A stretch of DNA of 63,794 nucleotides, filler included, from Octopus bimaculoides (taxonomy: Eukaryota): NCBI RefSeq assembly GCF_001194135.2. It is 5 parts of 5 records of this genome, joined end to end, with 100 filler letters (N's around TTAATTAATTAA, not from the genome) between each part and the next. Parts side by side here need not be neighbours in the genome. Positions count along the whole stretch, not along the records: positions 29,922 to 58,940 come from NC_068987.1; 4 more parts are not named here. The stretch is one strand, 5' to 3'. A program made the position numbers and the translations under genes. Below are positions 35,011 to 49,327 of the stretch, one piece after another (within the stretch, counting starts at the first letter, position 1; each line of letters starts with the position of its first letter). The notes beneath the pieces are model-generated. The model had not been told where the DNA came from and did not search any database. It saw nothing but the letters and a program-made list of their open reading frames with translations.

Positions 35011-35529
35011 GTGTAAGTACATACATTAATATATATATGTACGTGTACATACATATTTGAAATATATATATACATATATATACGAAATTACATGAGAAAC
35101 TATGCCAAAGTTGTAACTGTCATACCCATTATCAGATGTATCAACAACCTAAAGCAAGATACATCTATTCTATTAATTATCTGTTCATATTATCAACTTA
35201 AAACTTGTTTATAATTATATTTACAATTTCACCTTCTGAAGAGAGGGTCAATAAATTTGTCTATGTCAGTTTGATGGCAATAACTATTAATTTTCCGTTA
35301 GTATTTAATTTAAGAATGTTATTTGCCATAATCAGCTATGATCGAACAAAACCCTGTTGAAAGATATCACTCCGTTGGCCAGCTTGTCTTATAATTTGGC
35401 AGCGACGAAGTTTCTCTTATATAACGTTAGAGTGTAATCTGTGAAACATTTGTCTGTTACTTCTTGCATATCAAGCAACTGTGATACGGCTTGACGTTTA
35501 ACTCGATTATTTAGGTTATATATTGTTTA

Positions 35530-35745
35530 AGGCGGAGAGCTGGCAGAATCGTTACCAAGCCGGAAATGCTGCTTAGCGGTGGTTTTTTTTTTTTTTTCGT
35601 CTTTACGTTCTAATTTTAAATTCCGCAAAGGTCTACTTTAGGTTTCATCCCTTTTAGGGGTCCATAAAATAAGTACCAGTTGCGCACTGGGATCGACATA
35701 ATCGAATTAACCTGTCCCCCAAAACTACTGGCCTTGAAACTGATA
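35530..35745 (+). mobile_element. SINE family B (short-tail variant)
   Basis: GGAGAGCTGGCAGAATCGTT...AAGTACCAGTTGCGCACTGGGATCGAC. Confidence 0.8.
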
Positions 35746-35944
35746 TTAATTTGACATTGTAGACACTAAGATAGAACAATGTATAAGAAGTGACTCATAC
35801 TATGTGTTATTCCCGATTTTGATCTAGAAATTCATTGACTGCCACAAAAACTCTGTACTTTCAAAGAACCGAGTACGTGTAAAATCATGTAAAAGCAAAC
35901 TCACTAGTGTTTTTCTGATGATAAGTCTTTTGTCTTTTGTTTTT

Positions 35945-36135
35945 TTACTTGTTTCAGTTATTTTGACTGCGGCCATGCTGGAACATTGCCTTTAGTCGAG
36001 CAAATCGACCCCAGGACTTATTCTTTGCAATCTTAGTACTTATTCTATCGGTCTCTTTTGCCGAACCGTTAGATTGCTGGGGCGTAAACACACCAGCATC
36101 TGTTGTCAAGCGATGCTGAGGAGACAAACACACAC
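35945..36135 (-). mobile_element. SINE family A, 3' half starting at a microsatellite
   Basis: Reverse complement of TGACAACAGATGCTGG...GGCAAAAGAGACCGATAGAATAAG...GGGGTCGATTTGCTCGACTAAAGG...GAAACAAGTAAAA. Confidence 0.85.
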
Positions 36136-36140
36136 ACACA

Positions 36141-36199
<59 letters not shown>

Positions 36200-36223
36200 A
36201 TGTGTGTGTGTGTGTGTGTGTGG

Positions 36224-36267
<44 letters not shown>

Positions 36268-36289
36268 ATATATATAGTTGAAATTTTAA

Positions 36290-36420
36290 GAAAAACGGAG
36301 ACAGGTGTATAAACAACAAACTGTGTATTAGTTTAACGCTCTGGATGGTGAGAAAATCTTTTATGTTTCGAGCCTACGTTCTTCAGCAGAAAGGTACACG
36401 AGGAAATAAACAGAGAGAGA
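36290..36420 (-). repeat. Second, more decayed copy of the hammerhead-like cassette family
   Basis: Reverse complement CCTTT-CTGCTGA-AGAAC-GTAG-GCTC-GAAAC-ATA-AAAGA (36394-36357), followed by GAGCGTTAAACTAATAC as at 7081-7098. Confidence 0.7.
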
Positions 36421-37562
36421 ATAAAAGAGCAGTCCAGTGGACTTCAGTACAATCAGGTCCAGTTTGTTGCTACAGGTTTGCAGTCAAAGTCGTCAGCATT
36501 CCAGGTAAATTTTTTAACACCAATTCGTTCGTTTTAAATTCTGAATTCATATGCCACCGAGGTCGAAATTGAATTTCATCCTTAAGTGGTCGATAAAATA
36601 AGTGCTAGCTGAATATTAGTTGTAAAGTGGAGGTATGGACGTAATCGTCATACCCTATCTTCTTTCTCCCTAAATTGCTGGCCTTGTGCCAAAATTTGAA
36701 GCCGACATTTTAAATATTAGTATCAGGGGGNNNNNNNNNNGGGGTTTAATTGCTAAATAGGTCGTATATTTTACGGCGCAATGAGATACTTCATTGAAAG
36801 AACTTGGTCACAGAAAAGGAAAAGTACAACTGGAAATTGTAATTTAAAAAAAAAAAGCAACCGTTACTCAATTGTTTCACGATTGTAACACCAAATATCG
36901 TGATATCGTTGATTTATTTAAACCTAACACTGGGCTAGATTAAGCAGACTGAGACGTAAAGTAATTTCAGCCGATTTAAAAAAATTCTGTTCGTTTTTTC
37001 AACAATATAGTATATCAAAAGCGACATTATTCCGCATAGTCAGCAATTTATAAGATAATAGCGTGTATTTGGCTACTAATAATTGCAGAAAGTGTGACCT
37101 CTTTAAAGTTCCTTTATTGCCCGGATAGAACATAATGAAAAATGCTCATTCGAGTGTCCAAAGTTTTATGAGATTCAAAAATATTTTAAGCACATTGTAT
37201 TAGTATAGCATCATATAATAAAATTTTGAAAACAATCACCATAATAATTTGTGAGAACCTGGCGAAATTAGTATTTCTGTATAAAGTATGGTTGTGCAGT
37301 CAGTCATAAATGATTGTATATACAGATATGAATAGAGGATTTTGAGCATTATGTGTATACACTCCACGAAAACAAAGACACAGACAGTAACTTCATGCTT
37401 ACATTATTCAATATGGCCACAAAAGTATATCTGTAGCAGTGTACAACTAGGGGGCGTGTTGCATATATCTGTATTTGTGTTTGTAAATATATATGTGTTT
37501 GTTTGTGTGCGTGTATATATATATATATATATAATTATATAGATATATATACGACTATATGA

Positions 37563-37595
<33 letters not shown>

Positions 37596-38189
37596 NNNNN
37601 NNNNNNNNNNNNNNNNNNNNNNNNNNNNNNNNNNNNNNNNNNNNNNNNNNNNNNNNNNNNNNNNNNNNNNNNNNNNNNNNNNNNNNNNNNNNNNNNNNNN
37701 NNNNNNNNNNNNNNNNNNNNNNNNNNNNNNNNNNNNNNNTATATATATACGTCTATATGAGTTAGATTTATGAGTTAGAGGTTAAACAACCATCTAAGGG
37801 ATAATAAATATCCAAATATACTACTGGACGTATACCTATGTATTTATATCCAAATGCCTACTATTGCAAGGCAATAGCGCAATTGAATAATAAGTATGAG
37901 TGGCGGTAAACAGAAATTTGGCTAAAATATATAAGGCAAAGAACAAAATGGAGAAGATAATTAATTAACAAACATCAGCCTGCAAACATCAATTGGATCT
38001 ATTTATTTAGTACGAATCAATCTTATCATCGTAGGAAACTGTGACCAATAATGTATACTATAGTATATATGTATACATTTTAGCCAACATTGTTTGTACT
38101 AACTCCACTGTATTTGAAACTAGACCTCGTAGGTTTCTCGCTTCCCATGGCGTGTAAGTAACAGAGATCTGCACTTACAAGACGCTAGT

Positions 38190-38345
38190 CTCTCGCGCAG
38201 TTACTCATTTACAGCTGAGTGAACTGTGACAGTGAGAAATAAAGTGTTTTGCTCAAGAACACAATAACGCATTTCCCGGGCCGGGAATCGAAACAGCAAC
38301 TTTGCGATGGTTAGTAGAGCAACCACTTGGTCATACGCTTTCACA
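38190..38345 (-). mobile_element. SINE family C
   Basis: Reverse complement of GTTTCGATTCCCGGCCCGG...GTGTTCTTGAGCAAAACACTTTATTTCTCAC...TCACTCAGCTGTAAATGAGTAAC. Confidence 0.8.
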
Positions 38346-39730
38346 ATGTATGTAATAAATAAATGTTAACACCAGGTCAATTTAAGCAATAACGACATGA
38401 AAAGAATAAGCGAAATCAGCCATGCAAATGCCAATCCTGTGTTGGGATTTCAATAGTGACTGAATACCTTCTTTTTCGTGCCAGTGAAACTGTTTATAAA
38501 GTTACTATTACTAACAGCTTAATTTAATCGTAAAGACCGAATCAGTTATATAACAAATTCTTGATAGCTATCGAATAATAAATTAATGGTGCATAAACAG
38601 TGCTTTGTTATATTTCTATATTATATACTGCAAAATATATCTGTAGATTTTACCCGACGTAGTATATAATAGTCGTATGTAAACAACTCGTTTCTATAAA
38701 CAAAGGCCCCATAGTTACAAAAAGTAGGATCAAGTGGACTAGTTTCTAGGAGATAATATATATATAAATACATTGTTTACTATCTGTCTGTTACATGCAT
38801 TGTTCGATAAGATCTATAGGTATACAAAAGTCTATCATAGCATTGGAACAAAACTGTTTTGTACTAGTACTTTTGTATGTAGAATAGTTTTGGTTTCATT
38901 TTAACATTAAATATTTGATTACTAATTTATATGAAAACAAAATTAAGACGTTAATATCAGCTTACTATTTTGGTAGCTAGTCCAAGCAAAACCTATCAAT
39001 TCAATATTTAAACTCTAAATCCTTAAATAATGACATATTTACTAGTTAGAAAGTAAGAAATATATGAAATTATATGATTTTAGCTTAAAACTGAAGGACC
39101 GGTGTCTGTCAATGTCACATGACGGATTTGAGCTGGAGCGGATAATTTAAAAAAAAAAATCGAATCCGAGAACGTAGACGAAGTCAACTTTTAGCCAGTG
39201 ATGAAATAATACAGTCATGAAATAAGATGGATAATGTTAAGTCTTGTGAGATAATGAGCTTGTGAGTTGAAAGTAAATTGCAGAAGTTATAACGTGTGAT
39301 AATGTGAGTTATAAATATATATACTCAATCATTCCCTTTATGATCCAATATTTATCCTCGGATCCAATTACATACTTCTTAGCTACCAACATATCTACCT
39401 ATTTTCTAGATGAAGCGAAGTTCTTCATCGCAAAGAGGAGTGTCTTGTTTAGTGAAATAGGGTTAATGGAGGAATAATAAGTAGATATATCGATTAGGAT
39501 ACAGTTAGTATACCCTAAATTGTTTTTTGTGGAATCTTAGTTGATCAAATATGGGATTGTCTAATATGCAGAATTTTGGAATAAGCTATTCTATAAAGAG
39601 AGGCAGACAGAGAGACAATTAGACGGATAGATAGATTGATAGACAGACAGACAGGAATACAGATAAATAGATAGGCAGATAGATAAGTAGATAGATAGAT
39701 AAATAGCTAAATAGATAGCTAGATAGCTAA

Positions 39731-39768
<38 letters not shown>

Positions 39769-39868
39769 NNNNNNNNNNNNNNNNNNNNNNNNNNNNNNNN
39801 NNNNNNNNNNNNNNNNNNNNNNNNNNNNNNNNNNNNNNNNNNNNNNNNNNNNNNNNNNNNNNNNNNNN

Positions 39869-39910
<42 letters not shown>

Positions 39911-39912
<2 letters not shown>

Positions 39913-40022
39913 CGAGCTAGCAGAAACGTTTCTACGCCGGGCGAAATGCTTACTGGTATTTCATCTGCCGCTACGTTCTGAGTTCGAATTCCGCCGAGGT
40001 CGACTTTACCTTTCATTCTTTC
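39911..40022 (+). mobile_element. SINE family B, 5' part, after (GATA)n
   Basis: GCGAGCTAGCAGAAACGTT...GAGTTCGAATTCCGCCGAGGTCGAC. Confidence 0.85.
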
Positions 40023-41011
40023 GTGAATATACAGCGCTGATGTGCTTGATCGTCATAAAAATCGAACAGAAACGAGAAAAGTGATGAAACGTTATGACAT
40101 TTACTGAAAGTGAAATAGGGATTTCAGCTGTGCTTAAATGCATATTTCCCCGTCTTCGTTCGGGAAAACGGGGAGGATACGTTGTCAATATGAATTTTCT
40201 ATTATGAGAGTAGCGACTAAAAATCTCGCTTTTTGATTTCAGGAAGACACCCAGATGGCGTAATACAAAAGCGAATTTTTTTAGTTGCTTTCCTTACGAT
40301 AGAAGAATTCGTTTTAGCAATGTGTTTTTTTCTTAATCTGAATTTATGCTTTTGAATGTGTGTGCGCGGTTGCGTGTATATCTTTCTCTGTCTATATGTC
40401 CCTCAGAATGTGTGCCCTGGTACCAGTTAGTTTACATTTGTTATTAGTACTGTAAAAACAAGAGAAAACGAATGGGAAACAACTTTCAAATATGTGCTGG
40501 GAATGATTTGGTTGGCTAAAACCCCCAAAGGGGATTCTCCAGAATAGTTTTAGTCAAATGGTTGAACGAGTAAATAAGTAAATAAATGAATAAATAAAAG
40601 ATTAAAAGAATGTGTGCGTGTGTGTACGCACGCACAATGTATGTATGTATGTATGTATGCATGCGTGTATGTATGTACGTATGCATGTATGTATGTATGT
40701 ATTTATGTATGTATGTATGTATGTATCTATGCATGTATGTATGAGAAGTCAAATTTCTAGTTGCCATTTTATCGGCAATTGATTGAAAGTTCAATTATAC
40801 ATTTTCATTTTGCATTATTATCAAAATGCACATATAATATTGGGAATAGATATTTTCGTCTAGACTAATTTAAAAAATATATTAACCGTTAATGTATAAC
40901 TGTGTGTGTGAGTTTGTGTTTGTGCGATTGAGTTTGAGTGTATGTTTGTGTATGTATATATATATATATACATGTGTGTGTGTATGTATATATGTGTCTG
41001 TATATATATGC

Positions 41012-41064
<53 letters not shown>

Positions 41065-42077
41065 NNNNNNNNNNNNNNNNNNNNNNNNNNNNNNNNNNNN
41101 NNNNNNNNNNNNNNNNNNNNNNNNNNNNNNNNNNNNNNNNNNNNNNNNNNNNNNNNNNNNNNNNNNNNNNNNNNNNNNNNNNNNNNNNNNNNNNNNNNNN
41201 NNNNNNNNNNNNNNNNNNNNNNNNNNNNNNNNNNNNNNNNNNNNNNNNNNNNNNNNNNNNNNNNNNNNNNNNNNNNNNNNNNNNNNNNNNNNNNNNNNNN
41301 NNNNNNNNNNNNNNNNNNNNNNNNNNNNTATATATATATATATATACTCATACATGCATACATACATACATGCACACATACATACATACATACATACATA
41401 CATGCAAATATAAGCTTATACCGATCGATGACATTCAGAGCTAATATCATTGTGTAATCACCTCACAAATGTGACCAACGTAACTGAAAAACACTCGATA
41501 ATTCAGTAAATATTGATTCTTGTATTACAGTACTGGATATCAAAAATATTTAATTATTTTACTGCATGCAACAGTATGGAACATGTCAAAATTGATAAAT
41601 ATTTTTCAATGTTATTAGCACTGTTAACGAAGTGAAAATATATGAAGAGTTAACTGTAGTCAGATTCATATCAGAGGTGACTAGGAGTCGAAGTTGCGGT
41701 TTAGGCTCGGGTCAGATGCGATCGAACAAAACTATGATAAAAGGTCCCTCCTGTCGTAACCTGATCGTCTTCGTCTCTTTCAGAAGTAATGTCTAACTTT
41801 ATTTAATGTTTCATTATGCTTTTAAGATGTTACAATGTGATTTGCGAAAAAGTCGGTTACTTTCTTTAGCATGTAAATCAACGACGTAGAATCTATTCCG
41901 TTGGCAAATGGATATGCATTTGATACAATATGATAAATGATTATTACAATATTTTCATGTGAATACAGGATGGTATATATGGCAAATCAGAAGACAAATG
42001 GTACTGAAATTAATATAATAATGACGCATTTTTCCGACAGTTTAACGTATCCTCCACTTTTACCTACTCCCACTGAA

Positions 42078-42300
42078 GGCACGTGACCTAGTGTTATGGT
42101 GTTGCATTCAAGAACGCTACGTCGTGGGTTTGACTCTTGGACCGGGAAGTGTATTGTGCTCATGAGCCAATCACTTCACTTCTCGTTGCTCTGCAGATGG
42201 GAGAGTGGAAGAATTGTTGGTACGTCAGCAGAAATGTTTTACAATATATCTTCCGGCTCTCTATGTTCTGAGTTCAAATCTCACCTGTCTGGAGAAGTCA
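42078..42300 (+). mobile_element. Old SINE C head followed by an old SINE B head
   Basis: GGCACGTGACCTAGTG...GGTTTGACTC...GTGCTCATGAGCCAATCACTTCAC, then GGGAGAGTGGAAGAATTGTT...TCTGAGTTCAAATC. Confidence 0.6.
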
Positions 42301-43417
42301 ATAGGAAGCCACCTTAGTATTCTTCCAAAACCGAATCATGGCAGCTGATGTTTCAGTAATCGACATAATGACGGCAGTGGAGAGTATTGGTCCTCCCAGG
42401 TCGTATGGAGTACCGGAGAAGCTTCACGTACACAGGACCTACCCGAGAGCAGACTTCCATTGGACTGCACTAGATCGTCCACACATCTTTCCTTTCTATG
42501 ATTGTGTGTGTGTTTGTAATCACGTGTGTACATGCGCTCTCGCGTATCGGTAAGTGTGTCGCTGTTTTTCTTACTCTAGTGCTCCGGCTTATTTTACAGT
42601 TCAAGACAAACAGCTACTCTGGGACATTGCTTTTAGTATTGAAAATTTTGTTATCTCAGTGGTTCCTATCTTGTGCAGGCATCCTTTTTTTTTTCTGGGC
42701 GATTTACTTTACACATTGTTTGTCCAAGTGTCGAATTCACAAAATGGGGAAAACTGTTCCACTTCAATTGTAACCAATACCAAAATGCTTTGCTTGGGAT
42801 GGTAGTGAGAAATATACCTGGATACCTTTGAAACCTCTCGGATTAAACTTAGATAACTTTATGTATGCTTTAGGGAGATAATCGTATAGATCTGTGCGTT
42901 AAAATACAGCAATGTTGCTGTATATTTTGAAAATGCGGTCCACATAATTCATAAACTCCGCACACCAAATTTATATCATGCCGATATCGTCTCCTTCAAC
43001 ACATCAAAAGCAGAATATACATGGGAAGAAAAAAATCATAGTACTCGCTCTTAAACTGTGGAAATACATATCTAATAACCACACACAGTGTCGATCCAAA
43101 TATCAGGACTTGACATCACTCCATCATTGAGAATTTCTCCAAGTGAACGTGTGTTCAGCAAACAATGACCATCCCCTTCAATTTATACTAATATTAGAAG
43201 TTCGCAAAATTCAGGGAATATACTGTATATATATAACAGATTGCTGATCACACAAATGACATAGTTCTGTCGTTATACATTTGGACGTCATTGATATAAT
43301 CCCCTAAAAGGTCACTCGACTTATACGCATTTAAGTACCTTACAAACGTGTTTTACAATGACTCACATTTATCTCTCTGTCTTTGTCTCTGTTTCTCTCT
43401 CGCTCAGTCTATCTTTG

Positions 43418-43465
<48 letters not shown>

Positions 43466-44133
43466 CTCTCCCTCTCTTTCTTCTCTCTCTCTCCTCCTTT
43501 CTGTCTCTCACACATGCCTCTTTAAGCTTTCTCATTTCCCATTTTTGAAGCTACTATAGTGACCTCTAGATATCAGAGCTAGCTAGCTAAATGTTACCTC
43601 TGTTTTAGCACTCACATCTCATAATGCCCACCTCTCATTACCAAAAATGTGTCAACTCTCCAACTTATCCAACCCTACCTTCCCAGGGTTCGAAAATCGG
43701 GAATTTACCCCTGCAGATATATTTTTTGAAGTGATCAACATGCAACTGTTCAAGAACAACTATAAACTGACTGATTTCGTCTGATATGAAAAAATTAAGG
43801 TTTTGTTTGCAATTTGTGTCAATCCATCATTTTTCTTTGTACGTTTTCTTCCGTTTGTTTAGCAAACTTGACACACGATTAACAAGAATCATCAACATAT
43901 ACGTGAATGATTCTCGAATTATCATTCGTAATTTGGAAAGATCGAAACCTAGGTCCTAGATTATCCACATCTGGGTTGTACACTTATTTAATGTTTTTCT
44001 TACAGTTAAGATGATTTTTTTCTGTCGCCGCCCGCATTTTTGCTTGTATATATATACAGTGAAGCTTTACTATAGCGTCTTATATTATCGACTGTTATTT
44101 CCAGTAAATATTGGGGCATTGTTGTACCATTAT

Positions 44134-44238
<105 letters not shown>

Positions 44239-46449
44239 ATCTATGTATGTATGTATGTATCTATGTATGTATATATAGACAGATACGATACCAATAATTG
44301 ATGTGCTGACTTTTTATTGCTTTTTCTAATGATTGCTTGGATCCTGCATGTGTATGTGCGAGTATTTCTAGCCTCGTACCTGACATGTAAGAATCGGTAG
44401 AGAATCGTAAATTTACTATTTAATATTTCTTCCTGCTTTTTATATCCTGATTCCTACCGCGTACAACTTAGAGTTTCATCTGGTGATATTAATTAAATAT
44501 AGACCGGTCAACAGGGATCGATGTTATCTACCAGATAATCATTCTCAAAATTGTAGGCCATGCTTCAAAACTAGAACCCATTATTATTTTTATAATCGTT
44601 GCTGTTCTGCGCGGTTATGCTGGTGATGATTGTATTAGTGGTGGCGGCGATGCTGAACTTGAAACTTTACAAGACAGTCTCTTATTTCTAACAGGATAAA
44701 AATATTTTTTTATTACTTAACAAACAAGGGGCTTTTGTAAAATTAAATTGCTATTAACAAAAAGATCTGAATATTAAATATATTTTTTGTCATGTGCTTA
44801 CATGAAATTCATTACGGCGTCCTGCCCGAAGGCTATGAGAAAATCTTTTACGAAAACTGACATTGAATTTAGGCAGACAGAATAGAAAACTATTAAAACA
44901 AGCTCAAATAAATGAAAGCAATAGTTTACTAGTCACAAATAAACGCATTAACATTAACAGCAGCAATATATTTGCCAGCGTTACCATCCAAAAAGATACG
45001 TTAGAAATTTATCGGCAGGCTCATATAAGACAATGGAGCAATGATATATCACTAAAAGTATATGATTGCATGCCTACGCTATCTATACAGGAATGGCCAA
45101 AGAAAAAGAAAAGTTATATCTGCTCCATCGTGGATGAAGTTAGTGGTTTTGATTGCCTTCACATTCATGAATATATGAAATAAATGCAAAGTTATCAGGG
45201 ACCAGGGCATATGGGAGTATAGGTCTGGTTTAAAACAAAAAACTTGGACAGAATTATTAGCTGGTGTGTCACAAATGTGCCCATTAGCTAATAATGCAAT
45301 GTATAAGAAAACAAATAAGAACGGTTGAGATGAAGAACATTGGTAGCGAGGTAAATCGATGGCATATTTTTCACCTTCTGCATTTGTTTTGAGTGGTCTT
45401 GGTCGTGGTGTTTTTTCTCCCGCTGTCCATCATCCTTTCTAGATGTAGTCAACGTTTTTTGTTTCTTTTAATTTTTTGTTCTTCAGGCTACATTTATTTG
45501 TACTCATCCTTGATAAATTCGTTATCGTTAACAAGCAGACTGTCTATTTTATTCGACAAATCTCTGTAGCTTTTATAAAAGCAACGAAATTTTAAATAGA
45601 CTTTTAGAGAGGATCTCTTGTTCCAGGCATTTGTTGGTTTTGAAGTGCAATTTTATTTTCTTGTTACATTTCTATAGCATTTGCCACATTTTGTTCTTAA
45701 GTTCATTGATAAGTGAGATAGATTTATTGATATTTTATGTATTTTTCCTCATTAATATTATAATTATAATTATTAATATTATTACTATAGTAATTCATTT
45801 ATTATCGGGTCATTTCACACTGATTTACTTGAAATAAATTGAATACCATACTGCAAATAATAACCACAATTATTTTCACTTCTGGCTTTCCATTATCAGC
45901 ACATAGACGTCATGGGTTTCCCTAAAAATGGAGAAGTCACTGCAAATGTGAAGTGTCAAGTATCTTAACAAAACAAAATCAATAAGTTGATATTATAAAT
46001 CTTTCATAAGACCAGTGGAAATGGAGTGAATTGTTTCCGGTATTTAGTCCCGCTCATCACACTTGTGAATTCAATATATATTGATCTGGACATTAATTTT
46101 CATTTACGTGGTTGGAAACATAAATACACTTAATATACTAAGATCGATATGGTTATATGCGTAAAATAGAAATCGATATACTGAGATCGATTCGGTCAAA
46201 TATATTCTCTTTCTAGAAAAGATAGGCAATTTTTTCTAATTAAAAAAGAAACATTAAGAGAAATTTACCAATTATCTTTGAATGAGGGGAGTGTATAACC
46301 TTAGATTTTCAAAATAACTCTCACTTAGAAGACGAGCATGAAGAGGAGTGACCGAAATTCAACTGCACTGAATGTTACGGTATCACCATTCCTTGATGTA
46401 AATATTTTCCGTTAACATTCCAAAAATTTTAAAAAATTATCAGTATATA

Positions 46450-46973
46450 GGTGTATGAGTGGCTGTGTGGTAAGTAGCTTGCTTACCGACCACACGGTCC
46501 CGGGTTCAGTCCCACTGCATGGCATCTTAGGCAAGTGTCTTCTACTATAGCCTCGGGCCGACCAAAGCCTTGTGAGTGGATTTGGTAGACGGAAACTGAA
46601 ACAAACCCGTCGTATATATATATATATATNNNNNNNNNNNNNNNNNNNNNNNNNNNNNNNNNNNNNNNNNNNNNNNNNNNNNNNNNNNNNNNNNNNNNNN
46701 NNNNNNNNNNNNNNNNNNNNNNNNNNNNNNNNNNNNNNNNNNNNNNNNNNNNNNNNNNNNNNNNNNNNNNNNNTGTGTGTGTGTATGTGTGTATGTGTTT
46801 GTGTGTCTGTGTTTGTCCCTCCAACATCGGTTGACAACCGATGCTGGCAAAAGAGACAGATAGTATAAGTACTAGACTTCCAAAGAATAAGTCCTAGGGT
46901 CGATTTGCTCGACGAAAGGCGGTGCTCCAGCATGGCCACAGTCAAAAGACTGAAGCAAGTAAAAGAGTAAAAG
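46450..46973 (+). mobile_element. SINE family A, full length, with an N-gap inside its internal microsatellite
   Basis: TGGCTGTGTGGT A box, GGTTCAGTCCC B box; 5' half ends in (TA)n at 46614, 3' half resumes after (TG)n. Confidence 0.9.
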
Positions 46974-47039
46974 AATAATTTATGCAAAAAGTTTACCACA
47001 TGAAGCAGTGGACTGTGAGTTCAATACATATTTAAACAT

Positions 47040-47834
47040 AGACGTTGAGTTGTGGCCTTCATACCATTGAGCAATCTATGAAAACTGCGTATTCATACTT
47101 CCGCATTCTTCTGATAAAAAGTGCACCAAACTGATCATATCTCTGGCCAATCTGACGTTATTTGAGGGAGATGCACTGGTTTTCTTGAGCATCTCCTAAC
47201 CAAGAATGAGTCATGGGTTCATTATTTTGAACCAGAGACAATGAGACAGTCATTCTTCCTCATGTACGCCAAAGAAGGCAAAGGTCATTTCATCTGCGGG
47301 GAAATTGATGGCCTTAGTTTTTAGGAATGCAAAAGGCAGTGTTTGCTGACTATCTTTAAAAGAGCCACACAATCAATGGAGAGTTCTATGCCAACTTGCT
47401 GAGACAATTATCAATAACTTTCAATACCAAACGTCCAGGAAACCTGACTAAAGGGATTTGGTTTCATCAGGACAATGGTCCAGCACACATGTCCTTGGTT
47501 TCAATTCAATGCTGTGGGTGACTTTGACTTTGAACTTGTTGATAAGCAACTCTTTACTTCTGATTTGGCTCCATGTGGCTTTCGTCTATTCCCCAACATT
47601 GAAAAATGGACTTTTGGGAACCAGTATCGCTGTGATGTTCAACAAATCTGCTCTTGATGATTTGTTTTACCGACATAATGGCAGCTTATTCACTAATGGG
47701 ATTCAAGCAATGCAACAGAGATGGAAGAAGTGCGTGGACCACATCGATGTCTATGCTACCAAATAAAAACCTCATATCACCACATTCCATGGGAGTATCT
47801 TGGTCGGCCTATGGAATTTTCCACCGACCCTCGT
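47040..47834 (+). mobile_element. Mariner (irritans/Himar-like) 3' two-thirds with right TIR
   Basis: LLTKNESWVHYFEPET...SAGKLMA...TINGEFYANLL...KRPG...FHQDNGPAH...SDLAPCGFRLFP...QQRWKKCV; end CCTATGGAATTTTCCACCGACCCTCGT. Confidence 0.88.
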
Positions 47835-48059
47835 GTGTTTGTGTGTGTATGTGTGTGTGTACAATATCGTACAAATATATATAAATACATACCTGCATAC
47901 ATGAACACGCCTATATATTTATACATGTGTGTATATACACAATTTTGAATTTCTCTTGCAAACAATTTGCTCTATAATTGCGTAGTGAAACTCTTGCAGT
48001 TATCTTTTTATTGAGGCAGATTCATATTCTTTTCTACTCTAGCCACGAGGCCCATAATT

Positions 48060-48240
48060 TTTTTGAGGGGTGGCAAACGATTTCATCGACCCCAGTATGC
48101 AACTGGTACTTAATATATCGACCCCGAAAGGATGAAAGGGAAATCCGACTTCGGCGTAATTTGAACTCAGAGCGTAAAGACAGACAAAATACCGCTAAGC
48201 ATTTCGCCCTGCAAGCTAACGTTTCTCCCAACACGCCGAC
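48060..48240 (-). mobile_element. SINE family B
   Basis: Reverse complement of the family-B head and body (GAAACGTTAGC...CTGAGTTCAAATT...GGGGTCGATATATTAAGTACCAG). Confidence 0.85.
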
Positions 48241-48720
48241 TGAAGGCAGATTCACATTGCCTATAAATGTACTCAATAGTCGCAGTTCCATCCCGTTTGT
48301 GTTAAATTATATTTTTAATTATATTTTCGAAGTTTTTTTCCCTCGCGCATACCTGTGATCTCGATAATTTAAAATTATTAAGCATTTTTTGTTTTAAGTT
48401 AAATCCCACTTCTATGTTAAATGTGTAATATGTTTTCATGTTACACCTTTGATTTCATCGGGTTCTGCGACAAACATAGTTAACACAAATCTAAAAAAAC
48501 ACATATATATATAGGCATATAATGTGCATAACTTAGTACACACATTATTGGGAAACGTACACTTTCATGGTTTATATTCAAAAGTTATAAAAATAATTGG
48601 AATCGAAATTTTCTGTTTTGATTTTATATTATGGCAGTTCACAAACACATACTCATACACACGTGCACGCAAACACATGCATACACTATTACACTCATTC
48701 TCTCTCTTTAGTAATCGCTC

Positions 48721-48760
<40 letters not shown>

Positions 48761-49296
48761 TCTTCTAATCTCTCTCTCACAAAAGTTTACTGTTTTTCAC
48801 ACTCTCTCTCTCACACACACAACCTTTTTCCTCTGGCACATTCTTTCACTCTCTCTGTTTGCCACTCTCTCACTCTCGTTCTCCCTCTCTCTCTCACTTA
48901 CACGACCTTTTCCTCTGTCACATTCTTTCCCTCTCTCTGTTTGTCACTCTCTCACTCTCGTTCTCCTTCTCTCTCCCACTTACGCACACACTCAAACACA
49001 CACACACAATTAACTTTATTTGCTGTGTAATGAAACGAATAAGTAAATGCTTAGAAAAAAAAAAAATTATTTTATTTTAATTTAATTTAAGGTAATTATT
49101 TATATATTAATCAATTTATTTATTTATTAAAATTTAGTATTCATTTTATCGTGTAGTATAAGGAAGAAGAATTTGACAAAATTTAAATAAAAATCGTTTT
49201 ATGTATTCTCTAACTACTGATATTACGCAAGTTGACAAGAGTGTACACTTCCAAAGTTACTCTTCATGTGACGGGTAACAATCTTTTATGTATGTG

Positions 49297-49327
<31 letters not shown>

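Noticed and set aside
42338-42553. 71-aa ORF ending at a strong GTAAGT donor
   Set aside because: Lies directly downstream of decayed SINE remnants and includes a TG microsatellite; the only nearby acceptor gives a 50-nt intron and an early stop.
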